Source: Octopus sinensis
Taxonomy: Eukaryota
Length of the DNA: 64,000 bases
Direction: 5' to 3'
Assembly: GCF_006345805.1 (NCBI RefSeq)
Contig: NC_042998.1
Span: forward strand, 76,012,001 to 76,076,000
Program-made: the position numbers and the translations under genes
The notes under the pieces: model-generated
What the model saw: the letters and a program-made list of their open reading frames with translations, nothing else
Database searches by the model: none
What the model was told of the DNA's origin: nothing
Shown: positions 24,791 to 37,925 of the stretch, one piece after another
How the letters are laid out: every line of letters starts with the position of its first letter
How positions within the stretch are numbered: the stretch's first letter is position 1

Positions 24791-26433
24791 GAAATACCAG
24801 AAACAATTGGATATATGAGAATGATTAATGACATTGGCATCCAAAAATACCAATGAATTCAGTTCAGCTGGAACAAACACTCAAACCATTATCATCATCA
24901 TCATCATCGTTCAACATTCACATTCCATGCTGGCATGGGTTGGACAGTTTGACTGAAAACTAGTAAACCGGGGAGCTGCACCAGGTTCCAGTCCAATTTA
25001 GCAAGGATTCTATGGCTGGATGCCCTCCCTAATGCCAACAACTCCAAGAGCGTAGTGGATGCGTATTACATGCTACCAGCACGGGTGCCATTGATGTGAC
25101 ACCAGCATTGACCACGACTACGATCTTACTTGGCTTCACAGGTCTACAGAAGCACGGTATTTCACCAAAAGTTTCAATTACCTGTCACTGCCTCTGTGAG
25201 GCCCAACATTTGAACCGTGCTTTTTATGTGCCAGTCAGATGGCATTGGTATTGGCCATAACTACAATTTCACTTGGCTTGACAGGTCTTCTCTAGCGCAG
25301 CATATTGCCCAATGTTTGAACACCACATGTTTGTATTTATATATACATACACATATATACACACACACACACATACATACATATATTTTTACATGTGAGT
25401 GACATGTAAAAAGCATCCATGCCAGTGACACATAAAAGATACCTGGTACACTCTGTAGAGTGGTTAGGAAAGGTATCCAGCTATAGAAACCAAGCCAAAA
25501 CTGACTGGAGTTTGGTACAGCTCTTTGACTTACCAATCCCAGTCAAACTGTCTAACCCATGCCAGCATGGGAAACATGCTAAATGATGATGATGGTGTGT
25601 AAGAGAGAGAGAGAGAAAGAAAAGGAGAGTGTTTCATTCATTTATTGTCTGTTTTTCCATGATGGTTTGGGTTGGATGAAGATTCACTTGAGGCAGTATT
25701 TCATAGCCAGATGCTCTTCTTACCAGTTGCCATTACCTATTTTTCGAGTAAATGTTTTTTCTTTTTTTTTCTTTATCCCACTAATCATCAAAACACTCAG
25801 TGGCTGCTTCTGATGGTTACAAACCAAGCCATAGAATTTCATCATTCAAACACACACTGAGTTTCCATACAGTTTCCATATACCAATTCTACTCAAAAAG
25901 TATTGGTTGGTCTGGTGATATAGTAGAAGACATTCTCCCAAGGTGCTGTGCAATGGGACTGAACCTGAAACCATGTGCCTGTAAAGTAAACTTCTTAACT
26001 ATTCAGCCATGTCTGTGTCTATATCTTTGAAGGTGAACAATTCAGCATATCACATATTGCAACAACTGTTGGGTACATAATAATGAATTTGTTAGTTTTA
26101 TACACACACGCACACATGCATATTGTGACCATTAGACACAGGTGTTTCTTTGTCCATTTTCTCTCACCTTGTCTATTCTTTCAGACAAAGAGTTTATACC
26201 TGAAATGTAAAAGACTTTTTCTTCTATTTTTTTCCCTCTTTTCTGAGTTTAAACTTACTACACTGTTTGTTTTATTACCTTGTCTTTGTGTTATATTTTT
26301 GTGCTATATCTATCTTGTATAAGCTGTATACAGGTATGAATGTGTATGCATGTATGAAAGTACATGTATGTTTATATATGTATCATTGGAATTATATTTT
26401 TTTGTAGGATTGTGTTCAAAGTTTCATTTCCAC

Positions 26434-26644
26434 ATGCTGGCAACTACAATGAGTCGTCTGCCAATGGCAGCTGTAACTAGCTGCCTGTCGAGGTCATGTA
26501 TCCTGACAAAAGCTGGCAAACCATCATTCTACACTCCTGTACAGATGTTCACTAATCAAGCACGTTCCTCAACCCGAAGAACTGCACGAGCTGCCAAAGC
26601 CAGATCTTTGAAAGAAATTATTATGGCGCCTGCTACTGATACAT
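26434..26644 (+). CDS. GHITM: GHITM/TMBIM5 coding exon 1 (exon begins at 26408 after tttgtag)
   Basis: MLATTMSRLP...ARSLKEIIMAPATDT, an Arg/Ser/Thr-rich mitochondrial presequence-like segment. Donor T|GTAATA, phase 1, fits the next exon. Confidence 0.85.
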
Positions 26645-27401
26645 GTAATACTTTCTATTACCTTTCTATTTAAATTATATTTCAATTTATTGTCGCTTTT
26701 TTAATGTTTTAAAAAGATATGTATTTTCTGAATCACTAGACATAAAATATACAAACTTTCATCATCATCCATTTACCATGCTGGTATGGGTTGGATGGTT
26801 TGATCAGAGCTGGCAAGTTGGGAAGCTGCACTTAATTCCAGTCTGATTTGGCTTAGTTTCTATGGCTGGATGCCTTTCCTAACACCAGCCACTTTACAGT
26901 ATGTGCTGGGTGCTTTTAATGTGCCATCAGCATGAGTGCTTATTATGTAGCACTAACATGAGTGCTTTTTATGTGGTACTGGCACAGTAGGGATGAAAAT
27001 ATAATTCATTGACAAATTGTGGTGAAATGCAACTTGTTAGGACATCATCATTATTTCCTCTCCAGATATCTTGTATATTGAACTGAAATGTTTAATCTGA
27101 ATAAATTGTTTAAGAAAGCCAGGTCTCAGAATTGTTGATGAACATAAGTGAGACAATGCATTCAAATGCACCTTTTTATTAAAATGAAAAGCAATGTCTG
27201 AAACATGGATTAAGAAACAGCTTATTTAACTTGAATTACCTGGCCAATTTAAAGACTGCTTGGAAGTTAGGAGTGAGATGTATTTCAATTTAGAGGAATT
27301 AAACTTTTATATGCTATTACAACCCAAATGTAAAAGATTGCAATAAATGATAAAGGAAATATTTTTTCTTATGCCTGATATATATAGATGTTTTACCAAA
27401 T

Positions 27402-27624
27402 ATAATTCCTGGCAGGTGCCATGATACAAGTTAACTCATATCGTTGGGCAAATAAAGGGTGTCTTTAGTGTTTCCACAACACACTCACAATGTTAGCTCC
27501 AGACGCCAGTTCATTTTTAAGTGCATTACAATAAAATAGACCTCTACGAGTATACTCGTGCCTGGCAAAATTGTATAGATTGCCAACTACAAGATAACTC
27601 GTTGTTGGCAGTCAACGTGTTTAA
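27402..27624. mobile_element. Degenerate piggyBac-like MITE
   Basis: Right end GGCAGTCAACGTGT|TTAA. Subterminal ACGAGTATACTCGT perfect palindrome (27546-27559), with related copies near both ends. Confidence 0.4.
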
Positions 27625-28154
27625 AGAGGAAAATATGACTCCACCACTGAAATTTTCTTGTCACTTGGCAAAGAATCTGAAAAGTGTCAGACTCAATTGT
27701 TAATGTGCCAGTGAATGCTATGAAATCATTATTATTTCCAGATGAGATCCATTATGGTATACTTTAATTGAAAACCAGCAACCACCATTTGCAATAAACG
27801 TGAACATACTTGCACTGAAGGTTAATATTTGCGCTACATAAATTGATTCAATACTTGGCAATTGTTTCTGGTCCCAAAGTCTTTCTGACAGTTTAGACAT
27901 TAGAAAGAAATATGAAAAATATTGCCTTTAGCAGCAAATTTTGAAATAAATGATACAATGATGATGAATTTTGCTAATAAAAGAAGCAGAATTTTCTTGT
28001 AATTTCCATCTATGATTTGCATGTATTTCATATTAATTTGTCATCTTTTGCACATATTTACATATTAACCATAATATAAACTTAAATTTTTATTTACGAG
28101 TTCACTTGAAATATATTTTCTTTTCTTTCAATATCTTCTCTTTATTTTACACAG

Positions 28155-28266
28155 CTTTCAGTCTAGGCCGTGGCTTGGTTGCAGGTGCATCTGTGATTGG
28201 TTTAGGATCTTTGTGTTACTATGGCCTTGGATTATCCAATGAAGTAGGAGCCATTGAACGTGCTGC
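28155..28266 (+). CDS. GHITM: GHITM coding exon 2 (not in the ORF track)
   Basis: acag|...FSLGRGLVAGASVIGLGSLCYYGLGLSNEVGAIERA...|GTAAG, 112 nt, phase 1 to 2. Confidence 0.95.
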
Positions 28267-29406
28267 GTAAGTTTTTAATTTTCATTTGAAACGTTAGTTA
28301 TTCTTTAGTCTGTGATGAAGAAGATCTGAGATGAAAGACACTGTATCCATTTTCCCTTTTGAGAGATTGTTTGAAAAACAGTTTGTGTCCCAAGACTATA
28401 GATCATGTAGTTTAGTTTATTTAATTTTACCATTGATTTAGGTAAAATTTATTGGAATATGAAAGTATTATCAATGTATTCAGGAGAGAAGTAAAATGTA
28501 TTTAACTGAACAATGGAATGAGAGTAGAAAAGATTATGACAATGTACAATTTATTTTTGTATGAAGGTTGATTGCCAATGATATAAGAGGATATGAGCTA
28601 TAGATTCTTTAGTTAATGCCCATTTTAATTATAGTACCCAGTACACTCTGTAAAGTGGTTGGCATTAGGAAAGGCATCCAGCCATTGAAACCATGCTAAA
28701 ACAAGATAAATGGAGCCAGGGCAGCTCTCCATCTGGCCAACTCCTTTCAAACCATCCAACCCATGCCAGCATAGAGAACAGACATTAAATAATTATGATG
28801 ATTCTAAAAATGTAGTTTTAAAAAAGTACATCTTTCCAATATATAGTTTACATCCATTTTTCTATGCTGGTATAGGTTGGATGGGTCTTAGTGTTTTGTC
28901 ATCATCCTCATCTTCATCATCTCATTGCAGTCAATATCACCTGGCACATATTGCAATAGAGTAAACCAGCCAACATTTTCTTTATGTGTGATTTGTGATG
29001 ATGGTGTAGATTCAATGCATTTTTATTGTACCACTAGTGGACGAGAGTGTGTCTGCAGCAAGACTAAAAAGTCTTTTCTACCTTGTACCAGATTGCTTGT
29101 GATGTAACTTGGTGAGTCTACATCAGTTCCATTTTCTTGGAATGGTTTTTATGACTGGCTGACTTTCCTGTTATCAACAATTTTACAACATGAACTTAAG
29201 TGTTATCATGTCAGCAGCACTTGAGAGACTGTTGTAGCAATATGTAAGAGTCCCCTTCTATCTTGTATCAGTTCCTTTTTTGAGTTACTGTTCTCCTAGA
29301 TGAATTGCCTGCATTGCAGTTGCTCAGTATTCATACATCACATACATACACACATACACATGCTCACATAAACATACTTGAGGTTCATTTCAATTTTAAT
29401 TTTAAG

Positions 29407-29548
29407 GATATGGCCAGAAATTGTACGCCAGAGAATTCGTGACACCTACCTTTATTTTGGCGGTAGTATTGGTATTACTGCTCTCTCAGCTATGGCTGTC
29501 TATCGTAACCCTACAATGCTTAACTTAATGATGAAGAATTCATGGCTG
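29407..29548 (+). CDS. GHITM: GHITM coding exon 3
   Basis: ttttaag|G IWPEIVRQRIRDTYLYFGGSIGITALSA...KNSWL|GTAAGC, 142 nt. Confidence 0.95.
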
Positions 29549-30784
29549 GTAAGCATTTTTCTTGAAAATATACTTTTACTGATTAATTCATTTTGGGTTA
29601 ATTATCATTTTTTTTGTAATTAATTATATGTATATATTTTTTCTTCTGTGACAAATATTTTCTGGGAGGGCTTATTACTACTATTGAGATAACTTCTAAA
29701 ATTAATAAATTCATCACTCTTGTAAAATACTTCATTTTTGACTAGGTTAATCTTTATCATCAGATGCTCTATTACTTTTTTCTATCTGCATCTGAGCAAA
29801 GATTTAACTTGTAAACTTTTTATTTCACACTGATTTCCAGTACTCTTATTTCTGCTCTGGTTTCATGGAACAATGTAATGTTACTTCATTTAAACTAATT
29901 TTCAATAGTATCACCCATATTGAGCTGAATTATGCATTAGGCTTAACTGCCTGGAACAGTCTTTATCTGGAAGACTGTCTGAACTTAGTTTTGTTGAAGA
30001 ATCAAACTCAAATAAGTATCAAGCCCATTGATAGCTGCTCCTTCAGTGACTGCTGTAATAATATGCCTAGAAGCCAAACTCAAAATCTGTTTGACCAAGA
30101 TCAGTTCAGTTATTGATGAGGAAATTAAGTTCCTATGTTGCTCAAAAAGGATTCAGAAAGACTAAATTTTTAAAGTGCTGATGAATATTGTGGAATCATT
30201 ATTGTTGCTTCCAGTTCAAATGCATATCATACTTAGTGCTTAGAATCCTGGAAGTTGGACATTTTATGTAAATAAAAAAGATTTGATTCTCAACAACTGG
30301 CTTTCATCACTACAAATATTCACATGAGAACAGTGTCCAGAATTGACATTTACATTCTATGAAAGTTTTCATTTAAATCCTGTCAAAAAATAGAAAATTT
30401 GAAACATTAAAAATCAAACATACTCGGAACTTATGGTAGTAGGACATCTTTCAAAGATTAGAATTACAGAACACAATATCTCTAATTAGTAGAGGAAACA
30501 AAGTTAGGAATGGTAGGCTATGTATGATATAAAAATGGGATGTTGCTATATGATAAAGTTTCAAAAGATTTGTAGTGGACATTACAGAAAGTAATAAATA
30601 GTACATATATTGACTTTGAACAAAAACAAATCTGGGTCTAAGTTCAGTCCAATATGGTTACTGTTACTAAATGAGTTTAAATGTTGCTTGAATTGATATC
30701 AGCATCCTTCATGAATGGAATTAAGTAGACAAGTGTGTTGGAGCACAGTATGAAATAAAGATTCTTAACCCAAATATGTAAATA

Positions 30785-31663
30785 CATGGTCTGGTCAATA
30801 ATTATCCGGACTGTTACCATAATAGCAAAGCTAAAGCACACACAGTAAAGCTGCTTGGCACAGATTGACCTTGAACTCTGCTGTGCATGCACACTAAGTT
30901 TTAATGTTCTAGCTCACTTCTGCTATTTACAGCAGTGCTTGGAAGTAATGTGTATAGCGTATGTTGTTCGCATTGACCATGACAGAAAAAGTTGAGCAGA
31001 GAATCTGCATCAAATTTTGTCAAAAGCTTGGTGATACCTGCTCAGGCCTATGCAAAGTTTTCAAAAAGTTTCCGTTTTTCTCAACGCAATCAAAATCTTG
31101 TGCAACTGAAACCCAAGTATCTTTTTGGTCAGCTGAAAGCAGTTTCGGCACAAACTTGGCAGACACATATCTTGTACACAAATCTTCAGTGATAATGGAC
31201 TGACCTGAACCGTAACTAATCTGCGCATCCTCTGATAACTCATGGATGGTGATTCGATGATTTTTCCCTCGCAGCTGCACTCACATCTGTGATGATCTCC
31301 TTAGTTCTGCTGGTTGGAGGTCTCCCAGAACATTCGCCGTTATCAACATTTTTTGGGGCCATCTTGGAAATGTCTGAACCACTCGTACACTTGTGTGTGG
31401 CTCATACACTCCTCTCCATACATTTTCTGCAACTTTGCGTAGCCTTTGAACAGGTATTGCCATGACAACTTTCTGTCATGGTCAATGCAACAATCACACA
31501 TTACACATGTTACTACTGTAAACAGCAGAAATGAGCTAGAATGTTAAAACTTAGTGCACATGCACAGCAAAAGTCAAGGTCAGTCTGTGCCAAGCGGTTT
31601 CAATCTGCATGCCTTAGCTTCATTATTATGGCAACAGTCTGGATACTTATTGATAAGACCTCA
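30785..31663. mobile_element. Fold-back mariner derivative (two inverted 5' halves)
   Basis: Both ends carry the same TIR, 5' UTR and ATGACAGAAA start in inverted orientation. The internal minus strand reads HRITIHELSE...YVSAKFVPKLLS (mariner HTH/WVP-like linker). Confidence 0.85.
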
Positions 31664-31949
31664 TCATCATCATCATCATTTAGCGTCCGTTTTCCATGCT
31701 AGCATGGTACTTACATAACTATGCAAAACTTGAAAATGTATTGTTTAAACACAAAAGATGAGTTTAACTGTAAACAACCTCTCAGCAATATTACAGTTAG
31801 TTTTAAATGTAATACAGACTAATAATTTTTTGAAGTAACTCCAAATATTTTCTGCTTTTTGAAATTAATAACAAAAAAAAAAATGAATCCTCCAACAATA
31901 TTACTTCAACACTTGAACATTTGGAAACTAATGTGTATTGATTTTTCAG

Positions 31950-32148
31950 GCTATCGGTGCTACATTTGCTGCAATGATTGGAAGCAGTATATTGGTTCGA
32001 TCTATTCCATATCAACCTGGAGTCGGTGCAAAACAGTTTGCCTGGATGCTTCACAGTGGTGTTGTTGGTGCTGTCATTGCACCATTATGTCTCATGGGTG
32101 GTCCTGTTTTAGTACGTGCAGCTTGGTATACAGCTGGAGTTGTTGGCG
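31950..32148 (+). CDS. GHITM: GHITM coding exon 4
   Basis: ttcag|AIGATFAAMIGS...AWMLHSGVVGAVIAPL...RAAWYTAGVVG G|GTAAG, 199 nt. Confidence 0.97.
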
Positions 32149-32429
32149 GTAAGTTATCTTTGTTATGTCAGCTGATTTTTCTAACAGTTGCCATTGGTAA
32201 TCTTTAATACATCTTCAATACTTTAGTTTTGCACTGAAACAAGTTTTCATTTAATTTGATTCTGTGACATTTTATGTATGAAGCTCAGTACCCTGATACA
32301 GGTAAAACTGTCTTCCTTGTTCATTTTCTGCCACTGGTATCTTCCATTGGCATTCTTTCATCCAGTACTCCTTGTCCTTTAATATCATATATCCCTATCA
32401 ACACAAGTGTCTCTTGCATACATAAGTTC

Positions 32430-33040
32430 ATGCATTTAATGTCCAGCTGCTCTTTCAGACTTCATCAGGGATCACCAGATCAGAGTGAGGAACCTTGTCA
32501 AAGGCTTTCTCCAGGTCAATGAATGCTAAGTACACTGGCTTACTTTTAGCTAAATACTTCTGCAATTGTTAAACAGGAAAGAGGGCAGCAATTTGATGCC
32601 TCTGTAGTTCTATTTAAAGCATCTACTTCACCCTTGGTGCAGTTGATAATAATGCTGCAAAGCCAGTCAATGGGTATAACATCTTCCTGTACAGCCTAAC
32701 TAGATCATAACCTTCTCTACAAGATATTTTAAGCATCTCAGTGGTGTATCCTGATGGACCAGGGACTTTCCTTGTGTTCATATCCTTGATTGCTTTATTT
32801 ATTTATTTATCAATTTGTTGACTAGGATGCCCAGTTTCTCTTTCTCCCAAACATTCTCCATGTTTAGTAGCCTTTCATAGGAGCACTTCCATTCCTCTTT
32901 TCAGCATCACTAAGTGCAAGTGTACCATTATCCATCCACTTATCACCTCTGTGATAGTCTGTCTTGCAATCCAGAACTCTTCATGGTGTAGAACATTGAC
33001 AAACGTCTTCCTTCTGCTTCTCCCCTTGCTAAATATACCT
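32430..33040 (-). mobile_element. Decayed RTE internal fragment
   Basis: Reverse complement resembles RTE RT segments in the window (KAFD, KYLAKSKP and KVPGPSG-like). Confidence 0.6.
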
Positions 33041-35094
33041 AATTCAGTTTAGATGTTATGAGATAGTGAACCCATATAGATTATATCATTATTACTATCA
33101 TGCTCCATGCTGATATTTAATTTTATTTTCTCATGTATTTGGTAGTTTTATAAATACAGATATTTCTATAAATTGTCAACAAGAGTTGTTTTCTGTTAAA
33201 ATTTCCAAATTCCATTACTAAACACTTAATACTTCCTTCTCAAATATGCAAACTTCTGAAATTTTCTCTCTACACACAACCAGCTTAAGGAGAACATAAA
33301 CAGCTTTGGCCTTAGTGTGAGAGATGGGATTTCAAAAGAATATGAACCCTGCTTCTCATTGGGATAAATGATAGAGAAAAAATTATCTTTAGTGCAAATC
33401 TCTCTAGGAGTAACTACAATCTCTTTCAGATTGATAAGATATATTCCAGTAATGTAAATGTTTGATTCAATTGACTATGGCCTTTTAAATAATAAATATT
33501 TCTTTCATAGAATTAAGCTATATTAGAAATATGCTATATTCTTACACTGATCATTAAATTTATTTAAACTCTTATTTATAAACAGAACACATGACTAACA
33601 ATAATTACTGCCCTTAATACATATTTGTCTTCTCTTCACTACCCTGCATACACTGTGTTATTTTTGTATTTTATTGTACACATATATTTCATCATGCTAA
33701 GTATATAGAATAATACTTTTTTGGTATTTGTTGGAACAATTTTTTTTCTTTTCATTTTACTGTTCAGAGTATTTTTATGACAAATCACTCAACTTTAAAA
33801 GTAGACATGGCACTTGTTGCGAATTAAAAAGACTGTGATTTGCCTGTATCAGAAATTTCAGAGAATCTGGAAATAATAGGGGTGTTATAATCATTACAAT
33901 CAAATATATTTTGATTGAAAAATATTTCTGATTGTTCTAGGGTATTTATTATCAAGTAGTAATAAATATCTTAGAAGAATCAGAAATATTGTAATAGCAA
34001 TTCATTTCTTCATATGTTATTGAATAATTTCATATGCAATAGGTCATAATGCTGAAAAATTGTATTTGTATTCTCATATATCACTATTTTCTCATTCATA
34101 TTTAGTGATATTTTTTCCCATCTTTAATTTGTATCAAATTCAACATTTACACTTAGTTTATTAAATTTTAAGTTTTACTGGAGCTTGCTTCTTAAACCCT
34201 GTTCTGTCTATTATATTTCTTCTGACCATAGCAGCAAGTTTAAGACTGACTCTCTGTGGGAACTCCTGCATGCCAATAATCTAGTTCTCATAGCTGAATC
34301 ATTGTGCTGTTGTTCTTATGAGTGTCCTTCATGTTGGTATTGTGAAAAACATGTGGGGTATTATTTTTATTGTAAGAATTTATGATGGTAACATCTTATA
34401 ACTTGTTATGATACTAAAGTTGTCAAATTTGTTATCTATGATAGAAATTAACTTTGGATAAACAAGAAATTGATGTTAACACTTGCAATGAAACACTGGC
34501 TGAGAAATCGACACATTAAATCATGATTTCAGAATCTAAATGGAATCCTTCAAGTTCCATCCATATTTCTTTAATGACTAAGGTTAATTGTACATGTTTT
34601 ACTTGGTTGAGGAAGTCTGCTTAATCTTCGTTTATGTTTGATATTTGTTATATCTAGAGAAAAATAGATTAAATTTGATAGTCAAAGGCTAGCTGAAAAC
34701 TGTTTTATGAATAAAATAAATTTGATCAAAAATGCTAATTGCTCTTTGCAATCAATTGAACATTAATTTTTCTGATTTGAAATTAGTCATTTGGAATTAT
34801 ATCCTATTCACTACATACCATTTCATTTTGAAGCAGATAACATTATCTACACTTGAAATGTCCTTTAAACTGTAATTGTCATACCATTTTTAATTCATTC
34901 ATGGCATCCTACTTTAGCTCTCAGCTATTCTGTATATTAAATCATTTCATTTAGCATAAAGAGAATAATTTGTTAGCATTATCAATATCCCCCCCCCCCC
35001 ATCCAAATGAAAATTATTGTGTCCATATACAACAACTATTGAACCTCCTAACATACATCAAGCTGTCAGTTGCCTGCTTTTCTCTTCATATATA

Positions 35095-36810
35095 TCATCG
35101 TCATCATCGTTTAATGTCCATTTTCCATGCTTGCAAGAGTTGGACGGTTTGACTGGGGTCTGGAAAGCCAGGAGGCTGCATCAGGCCCCACTCTGATCTG
35201 GCAGTGCTTCTACAGCTGGATGCCCTTCCTAACACCAACCACTCCAAGAGTGTAGTGGGTGCTTTTTATGTGCCACCAGCACAAGGGGCCAGAGGCGCTA
35301 GCATTGACTATGATCAGATGGTGCTTTTTACGTGCCACCAGTACTGAAGCCAGTCAAGGTGGCACTGGCATCGGCCACATTTGGATGGTGCTTTTTACGT
35401 GCTACTGGCATGGAGCTCACAACTACAATTTCCATTTGATTTGATTTTAATATTGCTGATGTTGATGTATTTGACTCGGCATCGGCCACATTCAGATGGT
35501 GCTTTTTATGTGCTGCCGACACGGGGCTCACAACTACAGTTTCCATTTGATTTGATTTTGATGATGTACTTGACTCAATAGGTCTTCTCAAGCACAGCAT
35601 GTCGCCCTACAATCCAAGGTGCTTTTGAGTGGACTGGTTATGTGACACTGGTGTAGGTTACAGCTGTGGGCTCACTTTATTTTCCAGGTCTTCTCAGTCA
35701 CAGCATACCTCCAGAGGTTTCAGTCTTTTGTCATTGCCTCTGTGAGGCCCAACATTCGAAGGTCATGCTTCACCACCTCATCCCATGTCTTCCTGGGTGT
35801 CCCTCTACTCTGGATTCCTTCCACTGTTTGGGAGTAATACTTCATCACACAGCTCTCCTCATCCATCCATAGTACATGACCATATCCGATACTTGCACGC
35901 CACATGCAATACTTCTTATGTCTAACATTTTTCTCAGGGTGCTTACACTCTGTCATGTGTGCACACTGACATTACATATCCAGTGGATCATGCTACCTTC
36001 ATTTCTTTCGAGCCTACGCATGTCTTCTGCAGTCACGGCCCATGTTTCGCTGCCCTGAAGCTTGGCAGTTTGCACACATGCATCATACAATCTACCTTTC
36101 ACTCTGAGTGAGAGGCCCTTTGTCACCAGTAGGAGTAGAAGCTTTCTGAACTTTGCCCAGGCTATTCTTATTCTAGTGGTAACACTCTGAGCATCCACCC
36201 CCACTACAGATTTGGTCACCTAGGTAGCGGAAGCTATCAACTACTTTTAGTTTCTCCCCCCTGGCATGTGATGGAATCTGTTTTCTGAGCATCTGTGGTG
36301 TTTATTGTCCTTGCGCGTCTGCTGCACACAAAAGCTATCTTCTCAATTAATCTTCCTTTGATGTTGCTGCACTTCTTATGTGTCCATAGCTTACACTGGG
36401 TACACCTTTTCTACAGCTCGAGCAGGGGTGTGTGATGTGTTTGCCTTCCTACTTAGTAGAACTTTGGTCTTTGCAATATTTACTCTAAGGCCCTTCGATT
36501 CTAAACCTTGCTTCCAAACCTGAAATTTCTTCTCTAGTTCTGGTAGTGATCCTGCTATGAGGGCCAGATCATCATAGAGGAGTTCCCAGGAGCAACTTAT
36601 CTTGAATTCCTCTGTTATTGCCTGGAGGACTATGATGAATAAGAGGGGGCTGATGGCTGATCCTTGGTGGACGCCTACTTCTACCCGGAATCCTTCACTA
36701 TACTCGTTTACAATCCTAACCCTAGTGACAGCATCTCTGTATAGGACCTGTACAACCTTTATTAACCATTCGTCTATCCCCAGTTTCTGCATCACCCATC
36801 AGATAAGGAA
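35095..36810 (-). mobile_element. RTE LINE 3' part
   Basis: GVHQGSAISPLLF, RIRIAWAKFR and [15 protein letters not shown], followed by the 3' UTR and (ATG)n tail. Confidence 0.9.
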
Positions 36811-36947
36811 TCGGGGGTTCCTGTCACTGGTTGCAAATTTTATTTCCTTACAAAACTCTGTTTTCTTTACAGTTTTCTTGAAATACAAAAAAATATTTTT
36901 TTATATTATCTCTGTCAGAAGTAAATATTTACATTTTATCCTCTAAG

Positions 36948-37046
36948 GTTTATCTACACTGGCCATGTGTGCACCAAGTGAGAAGTTTTTGAATATGGGT
37001 GGACCTTTGGCTGCTGGTCTTGGTGTTGTGTTTGTGTCTTCTATTG
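36948..37046 (+). CDS. GHITM: GHITM coding exon 5
   Basis: ctctaag|GT LSTLAMCAPSEKFLNMGGPLAAGLGVVFVSSI G|GTAAG, 99 nt. Confidence 0.97.
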
Positions 37047-37925
37047 GTAAGATTTTTCTTTTTCCTTTATGTTTTGGTAAAAGTTATTTTCAATTGAATT
37101 TTACCTTCTCAATGTTTATATTCTGTCTTTTTTTACTTATTCAACTCAGTTTTCAAGAGCTAGCTAGATTTATTAAATATAAGAATAGTATTAATAAATA
37201 GTTAAGTTGAACATGCAGAAGATATGTTCACAGCAAATTGATTTAGCCAGAAATAATACTTAGTAAGCTGTTTTGGTATAATGAATTCTTTCAGCTGTGT
37301 GCTTAATCTGAAGCTATTGTCGGAAACTGACTTGTTTCTGTACTATTTAAACCATATTTATTCTAACTTTTAAGGCATGATTCTATATGAAATGCCATAT
37401 CCAATAACCTAAAAAGTACATTAAACTTATAAATTATACACAGTTTTGAGTATAATTTGACCATTTAAAATGATGAACTAATAAATACTGATTGGATCCT
37501 TATTTTTTTTTCAAAATAAAGCAATATCTTCCAGACATCCTATTTATAATGTAACCAAGATTTTATCACAAAGGTTAGGTTTTCTTTTCAAAACTACAAA
37601 ATATTTTAGCTGCTAACCTTACACCAAATCAAATCTGCTTTCCCTTGAATATTGTGTATATTTGTGAATGCATCATTATCTGGCTCAGCATATACCAGTC
37701 GTTCTTAACTAGGGTGGTAGCACCTCCTTGGAAGCATTATGAGTTGAGAAGGGAGCACTATTAGTGGTAGTATTGGGTTTAAGAGTGGATGTGATTTTTT
37801 TTTTCCAGAAATGATATATTTAAACCAGGTAAAGTATTTATATTCTAACCATTTTCAAATAAATCTTAGTTAGGATGAGGATATGAATAGGGCACTGTTA
37901 GTGATTTCTTCACCATACACCACTT

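Noticed and set aside
27405-27440. U1 snRNA-like CCTGGCAGG...CCATGAT
   Set aside because: The similarity is too short, the rest of U1 is absent, and it fits a MITE end better.
36916-36947. Alternative CAG acceptor upstream of GHITM exon 5
   Set aside because: It would add 29 nt and break the frame. The AAG at 36947 gives the conserved protein.
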